A stretch of 64,000 nucleotides of DNA from Thermoanaerobaculia bacterium (GTDB taxonomy: Bacteria; Acidobacteriota; Thermoanaerobaculia; Multivoradales; JAIOJS01): contig CAWDWV010000002.1 of the NCBI GenBank assembly GCA_963806095.1, forward strand, positions 3,181,949 to 3,245,948, read 5' to 3'. Below the pieces are notes generated by a model, which worked only from the letters and a program-made list of their open reading frames with translations, did no database searches and was not told the origin of the DNA. Position 1 is the first letter of the stretch; every line of letters starts with the position of its first letter. Positions 28,129 through 37,439 of this stretch are shown here, piece by piece. A program made the position numbers and the translations under genes.

Positions 28129-30136
28129 TCACTTCACGCGCGTGCCGGGAGGCACTTCGTGCTCCGGCTGCAAGAGCACGGCATCGCCGTTCTGCGACGC
28201 CGCGAGGACCATGCCTTGCGACTCGACGCCCATGAGCTTCGCCGGCTGGAGATTGGCGACGATGACGACCTGGCGGCCGACGAGCTGGTCGGGCGCGTAG
28301 CTCTTGCGAATGCCGGCGACGATGGTGCGTTGCTCGTCGCCGAGGTCGACGGTGAGCTTGACGAGCTTGCTGGACTTGGGGATCTCCTCGGCGGCCTTGA
28401 CGGTGGCGACGCGGAGCTCGACCTTCATGAAGTCGTCGTAGGTGATCTGCGCGGCAGCCGGGGCCGCGGCGGCAGCCGGCGCGGGAGCGGAAGGGGCGGT
28501 CGGTTCCATGCGGTGCTCCTGAGATGGGCGATCGCTCGAAGGCGGTTGGGCGGTTGTCGAGGTAGCGGTTCCTAGCTCGGGTCGTGCACTGTTGCCGAAG
28601 TAGCTGTCCTTGTCGACCCGCGGAAAGAGCGGACCCGGCTCGGGGATCGGCGCGTCGACCCGCAGCCCGCCCCACGCAAGCGCGTCGAGTGAGGTCGGCA
28701 CTTCGGTGCCCAGCGCAGCGAGCACGCGCGCGGCCGTCTCGGGCATGACAGGCAGCAGGCCGACCGCGACGACGCGCACCGCCTCGAGCCCCTGGCCGAG
28801 GATCTCGGCGACGCGGCCGCGGGCGCTGTCGTCCTTGAGCAGCTTCCACGGCTCGGACGTGACCAGGTGCTGGTTGGTCTCGGCGACGAGCCGCCACAGC
28901 GCTTCGAGGGCGCGGTGGAAGGCGTAGTCGTCCATCGCCGCGCGGTAATCGGCGGTCACCTCGCGTGCGAGCGCGGCAAGCGGGCCGTCGCCGGGCGGCG
29001 TCGGCGGCGTGCGGTTGTCGAACGCTCGCCGTGACAGCGTCACCAGCCGCGACAGTGTGTTGCCTAGCCCGTTGGCGAGGTCGCCGTTGTAGCGGTCGAC
29101 GACCGCCTCGTCGGAGAAGTTGGCGTCCTGGCCGAAGACCATGTCGCGCAGCAGGAACCAGCGCAGCGCGTCCACACCCAATTTGTCGACGAGCTCGTCG
29201 GGGCGTGCCACGTTGCCTACCGACTTCGACATCTTGCGGTCGTCTTTGAGCCACCAACCGTGGGCAAAGACGGTGGTCGGCAGCGGCACGCCGGCCGACA
29301 TGAGGAAGGCGGGCCAGTAGACGGCGTGGAAACGGATGATGTCCTTGCCGATCATCTGCATCCGCGCGCCGCCGTCCCCGGCCCAGTAGCGTCCGTAGAG
29401 CGCCGCCTCCTCACCCACGGCACCAAAGCCCAGCGCGCTGATGTAGTTGGTGAGCGCGTCCAGCCACACGTACACGACGTGCCCGGGGTGGCCGGGGAAC
29501 GGGATCCCCCACTGCAGGGTGCTGCGCGACACCGAGAGGTCGCGCAGGCCACCCGCCACGAACGCCCGCACCTCGTTGGCGCGCGTCGCCGGCCGCACCG
29601 GCTTGCCGCGGTCGTACCAGTCGAGCAGCGGCTGCTGGTACTTCGACAGCCTGAAGAAGACGTTGTCCTCCGACTTCCACTCCGACCGCCGTGCGGTGAT
29701 CGGGGCAGAGGCGGCCGGGGAGCAGCTCCTTCTCGGTGTAGAAGGTCTCGCACGCCGGGCAGTACCAGCCCTCGTGCTTGGCCACGTACAGATCGCCGTT
29801 GGCCTCGATGCGGCGGATGATCGCCTCGACGCCGCGGCGGTGGCGCGGCTCTGTCGTGCGCACGAAGTCGTCGTGCGAGATGCCGAGCCGCTTCCACAGC
29901 TCGTGGTAGCGCGCCACCACGCGGTCGGCGAGCTCGATCGGTGCGAGCCCCGCCTCGCGCGCCGCCTGCTCGATCTTCTGGCCGTGCTCGTCGGTGCCGG
30001 TCAGGAAGCGGACGTCGTCGCCGCGCAGCCGCCGGTAGCGCGCGATCGCGTCGCACACGACCGTCGTGTAGATGTGCCCGATGTGGGGCAGGTCGTTGAC
30101 GTAATAGATCGGCGTCGTGACGTAGAAGCGGCTCAT
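28129..30136 (-). pseudogene. metG: Methionine--tRNA ligase with C-terminal tRNA-binding domain; single frame break
   Basis: The N-terminal piece (track 29411..30136) has PHIGHIYT and CPACETFY and ends ..LCPDHRTAV. The C-terminal piece (track 28129..29598 and upstream in the same frame) continues EWKSEDNVFFRLSKYQQPLLDWY..., with KMSKSVGN and a Trbp111-like tail. One surplus base lies near 29681-29687. Confidence 0.93.
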
Positions 30137-30204
30137 CGGCTTGCCTGGAAGTTACGCGAGGCGGGCCGCCGCGGCGGCGGAAAGCGACCTACTGGCGTAA
30201 ATGC

Positions 30205-31092
30205 CTATTGCGGCCGCAGCTCCGAAGGCTGGAAGAGGTAGACCTCGCCGCAGAACCCGCACTCGGCCTGGGCCACCTCGGAGCCGATGTCGAGCTCCTC
30301 GAGCTGCTCCTCGGAGAGGCCCAGCAGTTGGCCGATCAGGCGCTCGCGGCTGCAGCGGCAATGGTATCGCACCGCCTGCGACTCGAGCGGCTGCGCCTCG
30401 AGCCCGGCGAGGCAGGCGTCCTTGAGCGCCGCGACGCCGCCCTGCTCGAGCAGGCGGCTGACGTCGCTCGCGGCGGCGAGGTTGCGCTCGAGGTCGCCGA
30501 CGACGCTCTCCGGCGCCTTCGGCAGCGCCTCGACGATGAGCCCGCCGGCGGCGGCGACGCCCTCGGGGCGCGTCAGCACGCCGACCAGCACGGCCGACGG
30601 CGTCTGCTCGCTCTGCCGCAGGTAGTGCGCGAGGTCGGCGCCGATCTCGCCCGACACCAGCTGCACCTGGCTGTGGTAGCGGCCGCCGCCCTCGTACTCG
30701 CGCAGCACCTGCAGGATGCCGCTTCCCACCGCCCTGCCCACCGCCAGCTTGCCGTTGGCATAGGCAGGCAGGTCGACGCGCGGCTCGCCGACGAGGCCGC
30801 GCAGGTTGCCGTTGGGCTCGGCCTCGGTCATCACCTTGCCCAGCGGACCGTCGCCGCGGATCTCCAGCACCAGCCGCTGCGGCGTCTTGCTCGACAGGCG
30901 CAGCAGCATCGCGGCGCCGGCGAGCGCCCGCCCCAGGGCCGCCGAGGAGATCGGCGACAGGTCGCGACGGCGGCGGATGAACTCGACCGGAGCCGTGAGG
31001 TCGGCGACCACCCAGCGCAGGTGCCCGCCGGCGGCCATGCCGACCTCGAGGGCGCCGTCGGGGGAGGTGACGTGGGATTGGGATTCGGTCAT
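30205..31092 (-). CDS. hslO: Redox-regulated chaperone Hsp33
   Basis: C-terminal zinc centre CRCSRERL ... CGFCGEVY. Start at MTESQS. Confidence 0.92.
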   Translation of the reverse strand: MTESQSHVTSPDGALEVGMAAGGHLRWVVADLTAPVEFIRRRRDLSPISSAALGRALAGAAMLLRLSSKTPQRLVLEIRGDGPLGKVMTEAEPNGNLRGLVGEPRVDLPAYANGKLAVGRAVGSGILQVLREYEGGGRYHSQVQLVSGEIGADLAHYLRQSEQTPSAVLVGVLTRPEGVAAAGGLIVEALPKAPESVVGDLERNLAAASDVSRLLEQGGVAALKDACLAGLEAQPLESQAVRYHCRCSRERLIGQLLGLSEEQLEELDIGSEVAQAECGFCGEVYLFQPSELRPQ

Positions 31093-31214
31093 CGCGGCTC
31101 CGCGCCGGCGCGCATGGGTGCGCATCCGGGCAAAGGTCCGGCAGTGTAGCCGACCCGTCAAGGGCGAGGCGGACCGTCTCCACTGGGATGCGTGTCAGAC
31201 ACGAAGTCGCTCCG

Positions 31215-31955
31215 TCACCACCCTCCCCGCCGCCGCAGCGACACCCAGCGGCGACCGCCGCCGAGCACGACGTGGTCGAGCAGCCGGATGCCGAGCAGGT
31301 CGCCGGCGTCGGCGAGGCGGCGGGTGAAGGCGAGGTCCTCCGCCGACGGCGACGGGTCGCCGCTGGGGTGGGTGTGGAACAGCAGCAGTCCCGCCGCCGA
31401 GCGCAGCAGCGCCTGCTTGAGGAAAGCCCGCGGCTCGACCGAGGCGCGCACCATGGTGCCGCGGTAGAGCTCCGCCTCGCCGAGCAGCCGGTTGCGGATG
31501 TCGAGAAAGAGCGCTCCCATGATCTCCTGGTCGCGCTCGGCGTAGCGCAGCAGCAGGTAGCGCGCGACGGCCTCGGGGTTGCCCAGCGGCAACCGGTCCG
31601 GCAGCTCGGCTCGTGCCACTCGTCGCGCCAGCTCGAGGGCGGCGAGCAGCACCGCCGACTTCGCCGAGCCGAGCCCGCGCCTTCGCAGTGCGCCGGCGTC
31701 GAGCGTGGCGAGGTTGGCGAGGCCGCCGGCGGTCGCCAGCAGCTCGCGGGCAAGGTCGAGCGCCGAGACGCCGGCGCAGCCGGTGCGCAGAAGCACCGCC
31801 AAGAGCTCGGTGTCGGTGAGCGCGGTGCCGCCTTCGCGCACCAGACGCTCGCGCGGCCGGTCGTGGGCGGGCATCTCGCGGATGAGCGAGCCTCTGACGA
31901 TGGGGGCCGGGAAGGCCGCCGGCGGCGACGGAGCGATGAGCGGTTCTGCGTCCAT
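31215..31955 (-). CDS. radC: RadC-family JAB/MPN domain protein
   Basis: ELLAVLLRTG (HhH region) and the JAMM motif LLLFHTHPSGDPSPSAED. Confidence 0.9.
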   Translation of the reverse strand: MDAEPLIAPSPPAAFPAPIVRGSLIREMPAHDRPRERLVREGGTALTDTELLAVLLRTGCAGVSALDLARELLATAGGLANLATLDAGALRRRGLGSAKSAVLLAALELARRVARAELPDRLPLGNPEAVARYLLLRYAERDQEIMGALFLDIRNRLLGEAELYRGTMVRASVEPRAFLKQALLRSAAGLLLFHTHPSGDPSPSAEDLAFTRRLADAGDLLGIRLLDHVVLGGGRRWVSLRRRGGW

Positions 31956-32011
31956 GCCAGGATGAACGGAAACGGCGGGCGGAATCGCTCGCCAAACTCG
32001 CTGGAGGGACG

Positions 32012-32893
32012 ATGACCGACCTGCCGCCAAACTTTCTGGGCTTGCCCGAGGAGGCGAGCCGTTACGAGACCAGCCGCGTCGTGGTGCTGCCGGTCCCCTT
32101 CGAGCGCACTACGTCCTACGGCAAGGGCACGGCTCTCGGCCCCGAGGCGATCCTGCGCGCCTCGCACCAGGTCGAGCTGTGGGAGGAGATGCTCCGCAGC
32201 GAGCCCTGGCGGATGGGCATCGCCACCCTGCCCCCTTTTCTCGCCGAGGCGCCTGACGCGGAAGCGGCGCTGGGGGCGATCGAGGCCGAAGCGCGGCGGC
32301 ACCTCGCCGCCGGCAAGTTCCTCGTCACCCTCGGCGGCGAGCACAGCCTCACCACGGCGCCGGTGCGCGCCGCGCGCGCCGTCCACGGCGAGCTCGGCGT
32401 CGTGCAGTTCGACGCCCACGCCGACCTGCGGCCGGAGTACGACGGCACGCCGTGGAGCCACGCCAGCGTCATGCGCCGACTCCACGAGGACGGCTTCCCG
32501 GCGCTCGCCGTCGGTATCCGCGCGCTGTGCGACGAGGAGGCGGCGCTCATCGCCAGTCAGGGCCTGCCCACCATCTGGGGCTGGGAGCTGCCGGCGCGCG
32601 AGCGCTTCCTGGCCGCCCTCGAGCGGCTGCCGCCGAAGGTCTACCTCACCTTCGACGTCGACTTCTTCGACCCCTCGCTGATGCCGGCCACCGGCACGCC
32701 GGTGCCGGGCGGCGGCGAGTGGTACCCGACGCTGGACTGCCTGCGCGAGCTGTTCGCGCGCAAGACGGTGGTGGCGATGGACGTCGTCGAGCTGGCGCCG
32801 CAGGCGGGGGCGCACGGGGCGGACTTCCTCGCCGCCAGCCTGGTGTACAAGTGCCTGGCCTACCTGCAGGCGGCCGGCGAAGCGAACGGCTGA
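32012..32893 (+). CDS. speB: Agmatinase (arginase family)
   Basis: LGGEHS, QFDAHADL, TFDVDFFDP, MDVVEL. Confidence 0.9.
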   Translation: MTDLPPNFLGLPEEASRYETSRVVVLPVPFERTTSYGKGTALGPEAILRASHQVELWEEMLRSEPWRMGIATLPPFLAEAPDAEAALGAIEAEARRHLAAGKFLVTLGGEHSLTTAPVRAARAVHGELGVVQFDAHADLRPEYDGTPWSHASVMRRLHEDGFPALAVGIRALCDEEAALIASQGLPTIWGWELPARERFLAALERLPPKVYLTFDVDFFDPSLMPATGTPVPGGGEWYPTLDCLRELFARKTVVAMDVVELAPQAGAHGADFLAASLVYKCLAYLQAAGEANG

Positions 32894-32982
32894 GCGCGGA
32901 AGGTCGGCCGATGCGGCATCGCGGATAACATGGCATTCCTAAGGGTGAGGGGCTTTCCTTAGGGTGAGGGGGATCGGGTTCG

Positions 32983-33657
32983 GTGCAGCCACCTCTGATG
33001 GAGACGCGGATCCAGAGCTCGGGCAAGCTGCGCACGCGGCACCTGCCGGCGCTCTACCTCGATCCCTCCTTCTTCGCGCGCCAAGTGGCCGCCGCCGTCG
33101 CGGCGCGATCGGCTGAGACGGGAGTCGCGACGCCTCTGCCGGCGGTGCCGCGCGAGGAGGCTGCCGCCTACGCGGAGATCGCGCGCCGGCTGCGCGAAGG
33201 CACCCTCGGCCTGACCCCGGTGGTGAGCTCGCTCACGCTGCTGCGCTGGATGCAGGACGCCGTGCCCGCCTACGCGGCCGAGGACCGCGACGCCCACCAC
33301 GGCCTCCACGACTCCGACTTCGAGGGCCTGCGCTACCAGGGCTGGCTCCACGCCCAGCTCGGCGACGCGCTCGACGGCTTGCTGCAGGTCGACCTGCAGG
33401 GCTTCGCCCTCGCCGTCGAAGCCGTGTGGGACGAGCTGCCGGCCCTCGCCCTGCTCGACGGCGCCGATCGCTGCGCGCTCGACGCGCTCACCGCGCGCCA
33501 CCTCGGCTGCACGCACCTCGCGACGGCGCTGCCGGAGATGGTGCGCGTCTGCGAGCTGCTGCGCGGCGCGGGCGGGCCGCAGCCGTTGCTCGGGCCGGCG
33601 GCGGTGCTGGCGGCGTCGCCGCCGGCGGCGACACCCGGCGGTCCGGCGAGCGCCTGA
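32983..33657 (+). CDS. Hypothetical protein
   Basis: 224-aa ORF with strongly GC3-biased codons and non-repetitive composition. I recognised no motif. A LYLDPSFF ... LDGADRCALDALTARHLGC pattern is only vaguely PIN-like. Confidence 0.45.
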   Translation: MQPPLMETRIQSSGKLRTRHLPALYLDPSFFARQVAAAVAARSAETGVATPLPAVPREEAAAYAEIARRLREGTLGLTPVVSSLTLLRWMQDAVPAYAAEDRDAHHGLHDSDFEGLRYQGWLHAQLGDALDGLLQVDLQGFALAVEAVWDELPALALLDGADRCALDALTARHLGCTHLATALPEMVRVCELLRGAGGPQPLLGPAAVLAASPPAATPGGPASA

Positions 33658-33806
33658 TAGGCGGCCGCGCCACCCGGCTCTTCGCGATCGCATGCTCAAG
33701 CTGCGCCACGAGCCGGGCGAGCGCTTCTTCAGCGGCTCCTATTTCGACTTCCTGCGCCCGGGGACGAGCTGAAGCCAGGCGACCAACTGGATTAAGAGCG
33801 GGTGAC

Positions 33807-34811
33807 CTATGGCGCTGCAGCGCTTTCCGCAAACACTACATCGTACGTTGTCCATCGCGTCATCCGACCTGACCACTCTCTGATCAATACGTCGGACCGG
33901 TACTCGAAGAGATTGCCGAAGGGATCCGTGAGATTTGTGGCCACGTACTCATAGCCAAGCTCCATGATCCCTTCCGACGCCAGAGTGTGGATCTCGCTCG
34001 GACGACTTCTCCCGTCCCGATCCCGGTCGATCCAAACCAATAGCTCGCTGAACCGCGCGTCGGCAGCGTCGATCTTGCGGTCAGCGTTGCCCCCGAGCGC
34101 GGGATCGTCCAGCTCGGCCAGCGCTCGATAGCCGTTGAGTGCCCTTTGGCCGTCGGCCATGGGAGTAGCGAACCCAAAGAGCTCTGTCCCGTCATCGATG
34201 GCGCCATTGCCGTTCCTGTCCATCGCAAGAAATCCCTCGTCTCCGCCCCGCCGGGTCCACGCAGTCGAGTCCGGCGTTCCGTCGGCATCCACGTCGAAAT
34301 GAACAGCCGGCTCTGCGGACGACAAGAGGTAGCCGTCACGAGCCAGATCCAACAATACGGGGCAGTTCTCCTTCGGAGGTGGTGGCGGGAAGACGATTTC
34401 TGGCGGCACGCATTTTGGCTCCGTGCCGTCGAAAACATGGATACTGTATCGATTCTGATGGGCAGCCATCTCGGCCATGTAGCAATCCTCGTAATCGGCT
34501 GCCAAGAGCCCGCTGGTGATGTTCGCATAGCCCAGGTCGTTGACTGCACGGCCGTCGAAGCGCAGCCAGCCTGTCCAATAATTGTATACCCGATCACCGA
34601 GAATTACCTGCTCGTAGAGCCTGCTGCCGGTATTGTTGTACAGAACGGCATTAGCGTACGTCTTGACAAAGGGCTGACGATTGAGGATACCAGTGTCGAG
34701 AGTCACCGTATAGTCCAGATACTGACCGCGGGCCGGCATGATCGTCGCCATCACCGCCCCGACGACGCTGACACAGCACGCGATCATCCATTCTCTGCGA
34801 ATCACGGGCAC
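33807..34811 (-). CDS. Secreted protein with DxDxDG-type calcium-binding-like repeats (unknown family)
   Basis: Signal-like N-terminus. C-terminal half has LLDLARDGY..HFDVDADGTPD..AMDRNGNGAIDDGTELFG..NADRKIDAADARFSELLVWIDRDRDGRSRPSEI. It lies in a visibly lower-GC segment. Confidence 0.65.
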   Translation of the reverse strand: MPVIRREWMIACCVSVVGAVMATIMPARGQYLDYTVTLDTGILNRQPFVKTYANAVLYNNTGSRLYEQVILGDRVYNYWTGWLRFDGRAVNDLGYANITSGLLAADYEDCYMAEMAAHQNRYSIHVFDGTEPKCVPPEIVFPPPPPKENCPVLLDLARDGYLLSSAEPAVHFDVDADGTPDSTAWTRRGGDEGFLAMDRNGNGAIDDGTELFGFATPMADGQRALNGYRALAELDDPALGGNADRKIDAADARFSELLVWIDRDRDGRSRPSEIHTLASEGIMELGYEYVATNLTDPFGNLFEYRSDVLIREWSGRMTRWTTYDVVFAESAAAP

Positions 34812-35479
34812 CCCTCCTCGATGAGCTTGAGCTCCTCAGCCAAGCCCTCATGCACGACATAGGCGCGATTCAGTTGTGGCGCTATGACTTCATACAGCAA
34901 CCGCAACAGTTGCTCCTCCCCGAACTCCACCTTGGCTGCGGCCAAGGCCTCGCTCCTCTTACGGCACAACTCAATGGGATTCCTCATCGATGCCGCCGGG
35001 TCGGTTTGCGCCTGGGCCTCAAGGCGACCCTGCTGCATGTCCTGTCGACGGGTTCGCAGGTAAGGCGCGGCAACTCGTTCCAGGCGTGTCCACAGATCGG
35101 CTCCGAATCCCAACGCTGCCGCTTTTGCCATCAATTCCTGCCGAGAGGCGCCGCGCGCGCCGTTGTACTCGGGAAAGCCAGTCTCCACCAGTTTGTCGAA
35201 GAGCTCCCACTCGAGGAAGAGCGCAGGTGTGTCGGCACCGTGAATGACATCTGTTTGAGTCCCGCCAAGTGGATCCGCTGCTGCGGATGGACGCCCATGC
35301 GCCGCCGCCCGCTTCTGCCTTAGAGCTGGATCGAAGCGAGCGGCCACCCTTTCGTCCACCGACCATCGCCACGCCGGTTTGGCCTCGCTCGACTGCGCCG
35401 CACCTTGGAGCTCTCGGCCTGCGACCACGCCCGCAATCACGACCGAGACGATACCCAGCGCGATGACACCTTGGTTCAT
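34802..35479 (-). CDS. Hypothetical membrane-anchored protein
   Basis: Start placed at MNQGVIALGIVSVVIAGVVAG (single N-terminal TM helix). Its stop overlaps the start of the downstream gene by 10 bp. Lower-GC codon usage. I recognised no family. Confidence 0.55.
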   Translation of the reverse strand: MNQGVIALGIVSVVIAGVVAGRELQGAAQSSEAKPAWRWSVDERVAARFDPALRQKRAAAHGRPSAAADPLGGTQTDVIHGADTPALFLEWELFDKLVETGFPEYNGARGASRQELMAKAAALGFGADLWTRLERVAAPYLRTRRQDMQQGRLEAQAQTDPAASMRNPIELCRKRSEALAAAKVEFGEEQLLRLLYEVIAPQLNRAYVVHEGLAEELKLIEEGCP

Positions 35480-35671
35480 GTCTCTCGTCCTCGCTGAACC
35501 CTGGCGACCCGCTTGACTGCGACTCCCACCCGACTTCGTCTCTCTTAGACGGACACGGGAGTCCATTTTCCCACTGCAGGGAATTGCTGTTCCGATTCCG
35601 TGGCGGAGGGCTTAGACTCTTGGCGATGCCCATCGAGCGGAAGGCGCCCGCCGCCGTCTAAGATCGTTGGG

Positions 35672-37412
35672 ATGCCCGTCCGCCTGCTGCGCCAGGACCA
35701 GGAGGCGCTCCTCGCCGAGGAGCGCGCCGCGCTCGGCGAGCTACAGGTGGCGCTCGGGCGCGTCGAGGCCGCGGCCGACGACCGCGCCGCGCTCGTCGAG
35801 TCGATCCGGCAGCTCGACGAGCTCTTCCTGCTCGTCGTCGTCGGCGAGTTCAACGCCGGCAAGAGCACGCTGATCAACGCCCTGCTCGGCAGCGCCGTGC
35901 TGGAGGAGGGCGTCACCCCGACGACCACCGCCATCCACCTGCTGCGCCACGGCGAGACGGCCTCGCGCCGCGCCTCGACCGAAGGCATCGAGGAGCTCAC
36001 CGCGCCGCTGCCGCTGCTCGAGCACCTCACCCTCGTCGACACGCCGGGCACCAACGCCCTCGACCGCCGGCACGAGGCGATCACCGACCGCTTCGTGCCG
36101 CGCGCCGACCTGGTGCTCTTCGCCACCTCCGCCGACCGCCCGTTCACCGAGAGCGAGCGCGCCTTCCTCGAGCGCGTACGCGCCTGGGGCAAGAAGATCG
36201 TCGTCGTCCTCAACAAGGTCGACATCCTGCGCAACGAGGCGGAGGTCGCCGAGGTGGTGCGCTTCGTCGAGGCTCACGCCGCGCGCCTGCTCGGCGTCGA
36301 GACGCCGGTCTTCCCGGTGGCGTCGCGGCTGGCGCTCGAGGGGCAGCTCGAAGGCGATCCCGGCAAGCTCGAGAAGAGCCGCTTCGGCGCCCTGCAGCGC
36401 TACCTCACCGAGCGCCTCGACGCCGCCGAGCGCGTGCGCCTCAAGCTCGACAACCCGCTCGGCGTCGGGTTCGCGCCTCGCCGAGCGCTACCGCGACGGC
36501 GTCGGCGAGCGGCTGGCGCTGCTCGGCGCCGACTTCACGGCACTCGACGACATCACCGCTCAGCTCGCGCTCTACCGCGAGGACCTGCAGCGCGAGTTCC
36601 GGTTCCGCCTCGCCGACGTCGACAACCTGCTGCACGAGCTCGAGGCGCGCGGCATGCGCCACTTCGACGAGACGCTGCGCCTCACCCGCGTCCTCGAGCT
36701 GCTCAACAAGGCGCGCGTCAAGGCCGACTTCGAGCGCAAGGTGATCGCCGACCTGCCGCAGCAGATCGAGGCGAAGGTCGCGCGAGGTCATCGACTGGCT
36801 GGTGGCGAGCGAGCTGCGCCAGTGGCAGGGCGCCAGCGACCTCCTCGAGGCAGCGCAAGGCCGAGCATGCCGAGCGCATCGTCGGCGCGCATCGGCAGCT
36901 TCGACCAGGACCGCCAGCGGCTGCTCGACACGGTCGGCCGCGCGGCGCAGCGCTCGCTCGAGACCTTCGACCGCGACGCGCAGGCGCACCGCATCGCCGA
37001 CGACGTGCAGGCGGCGGTGACGCGCACCGCGCTGGTCGAGGTGGGCGCCGTCGGCCTCGGCGCCGTCCTCACCGCCATCGCCACCACCCACCTCGCCGAC
37101 TTCACCGGCATCCTCGCCGCCAGCACGCTCGCCGCGCTCGGCCTCTTCATCCTGCCGGCGCGCAAGAGGAAGGCCCAGCGCGAGCTGCGCGAGAAGGTGC
37201 TCGAGCTGCGCGAGCGCCTGATGCGCACGCTGACCGAGCAGTTCGACGCCGAGGTCGAAGGCAGCGTGCGCCGCATCGAAGAGTCGATCGCCCCGTACAC
37301 CCGTTTCGTGCGCGCCGAGCGCGGGCGGCTGGAGGGGCTGCATGGCGAGCTCTCGCAGCTGCACGACGCGTTGGCGGCGCTGCGCCGCCGCGTCGCGGCG
37401 CTCGGCCAGTGA
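35672..37412 (+). pseudogene. Bacterial dynamin-like GTPase, 4 frame breaks
   Basis: G1 VVVGEFNAGKSTLINALLG, G3 LVDTPGTNA, G4 VVLNKVD. It continues in other frames as SRLAERYRDGVGERLALLGADF..MRHFDETLRL..IEAKV / REVIDWLVASELRQWQGASDLLE / QRKAEHAERIVG / RIGSFDQDRQRLL.. It has a TM hairpin (VGAVGLGAVLTAIATT..LAALGLFILPA) and a coiled-coil tail. Breaks lie near 36470, 36781, 36850 and 36887. Confidence 0.8.
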
Positions 37413-37439
37413 CTCGAGATCCGGTCGGGAGCCGGTGAG

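Noticed and set aside
33692-33772. 26-codon ORF MLKLRHEPGERFFSGSYFDFLRPGTS as a stand-alone gene
   Set aside because: It is too short and unsupported to call. I mention it only as a possible gene remnant at the boundary of the lower-GC segment.
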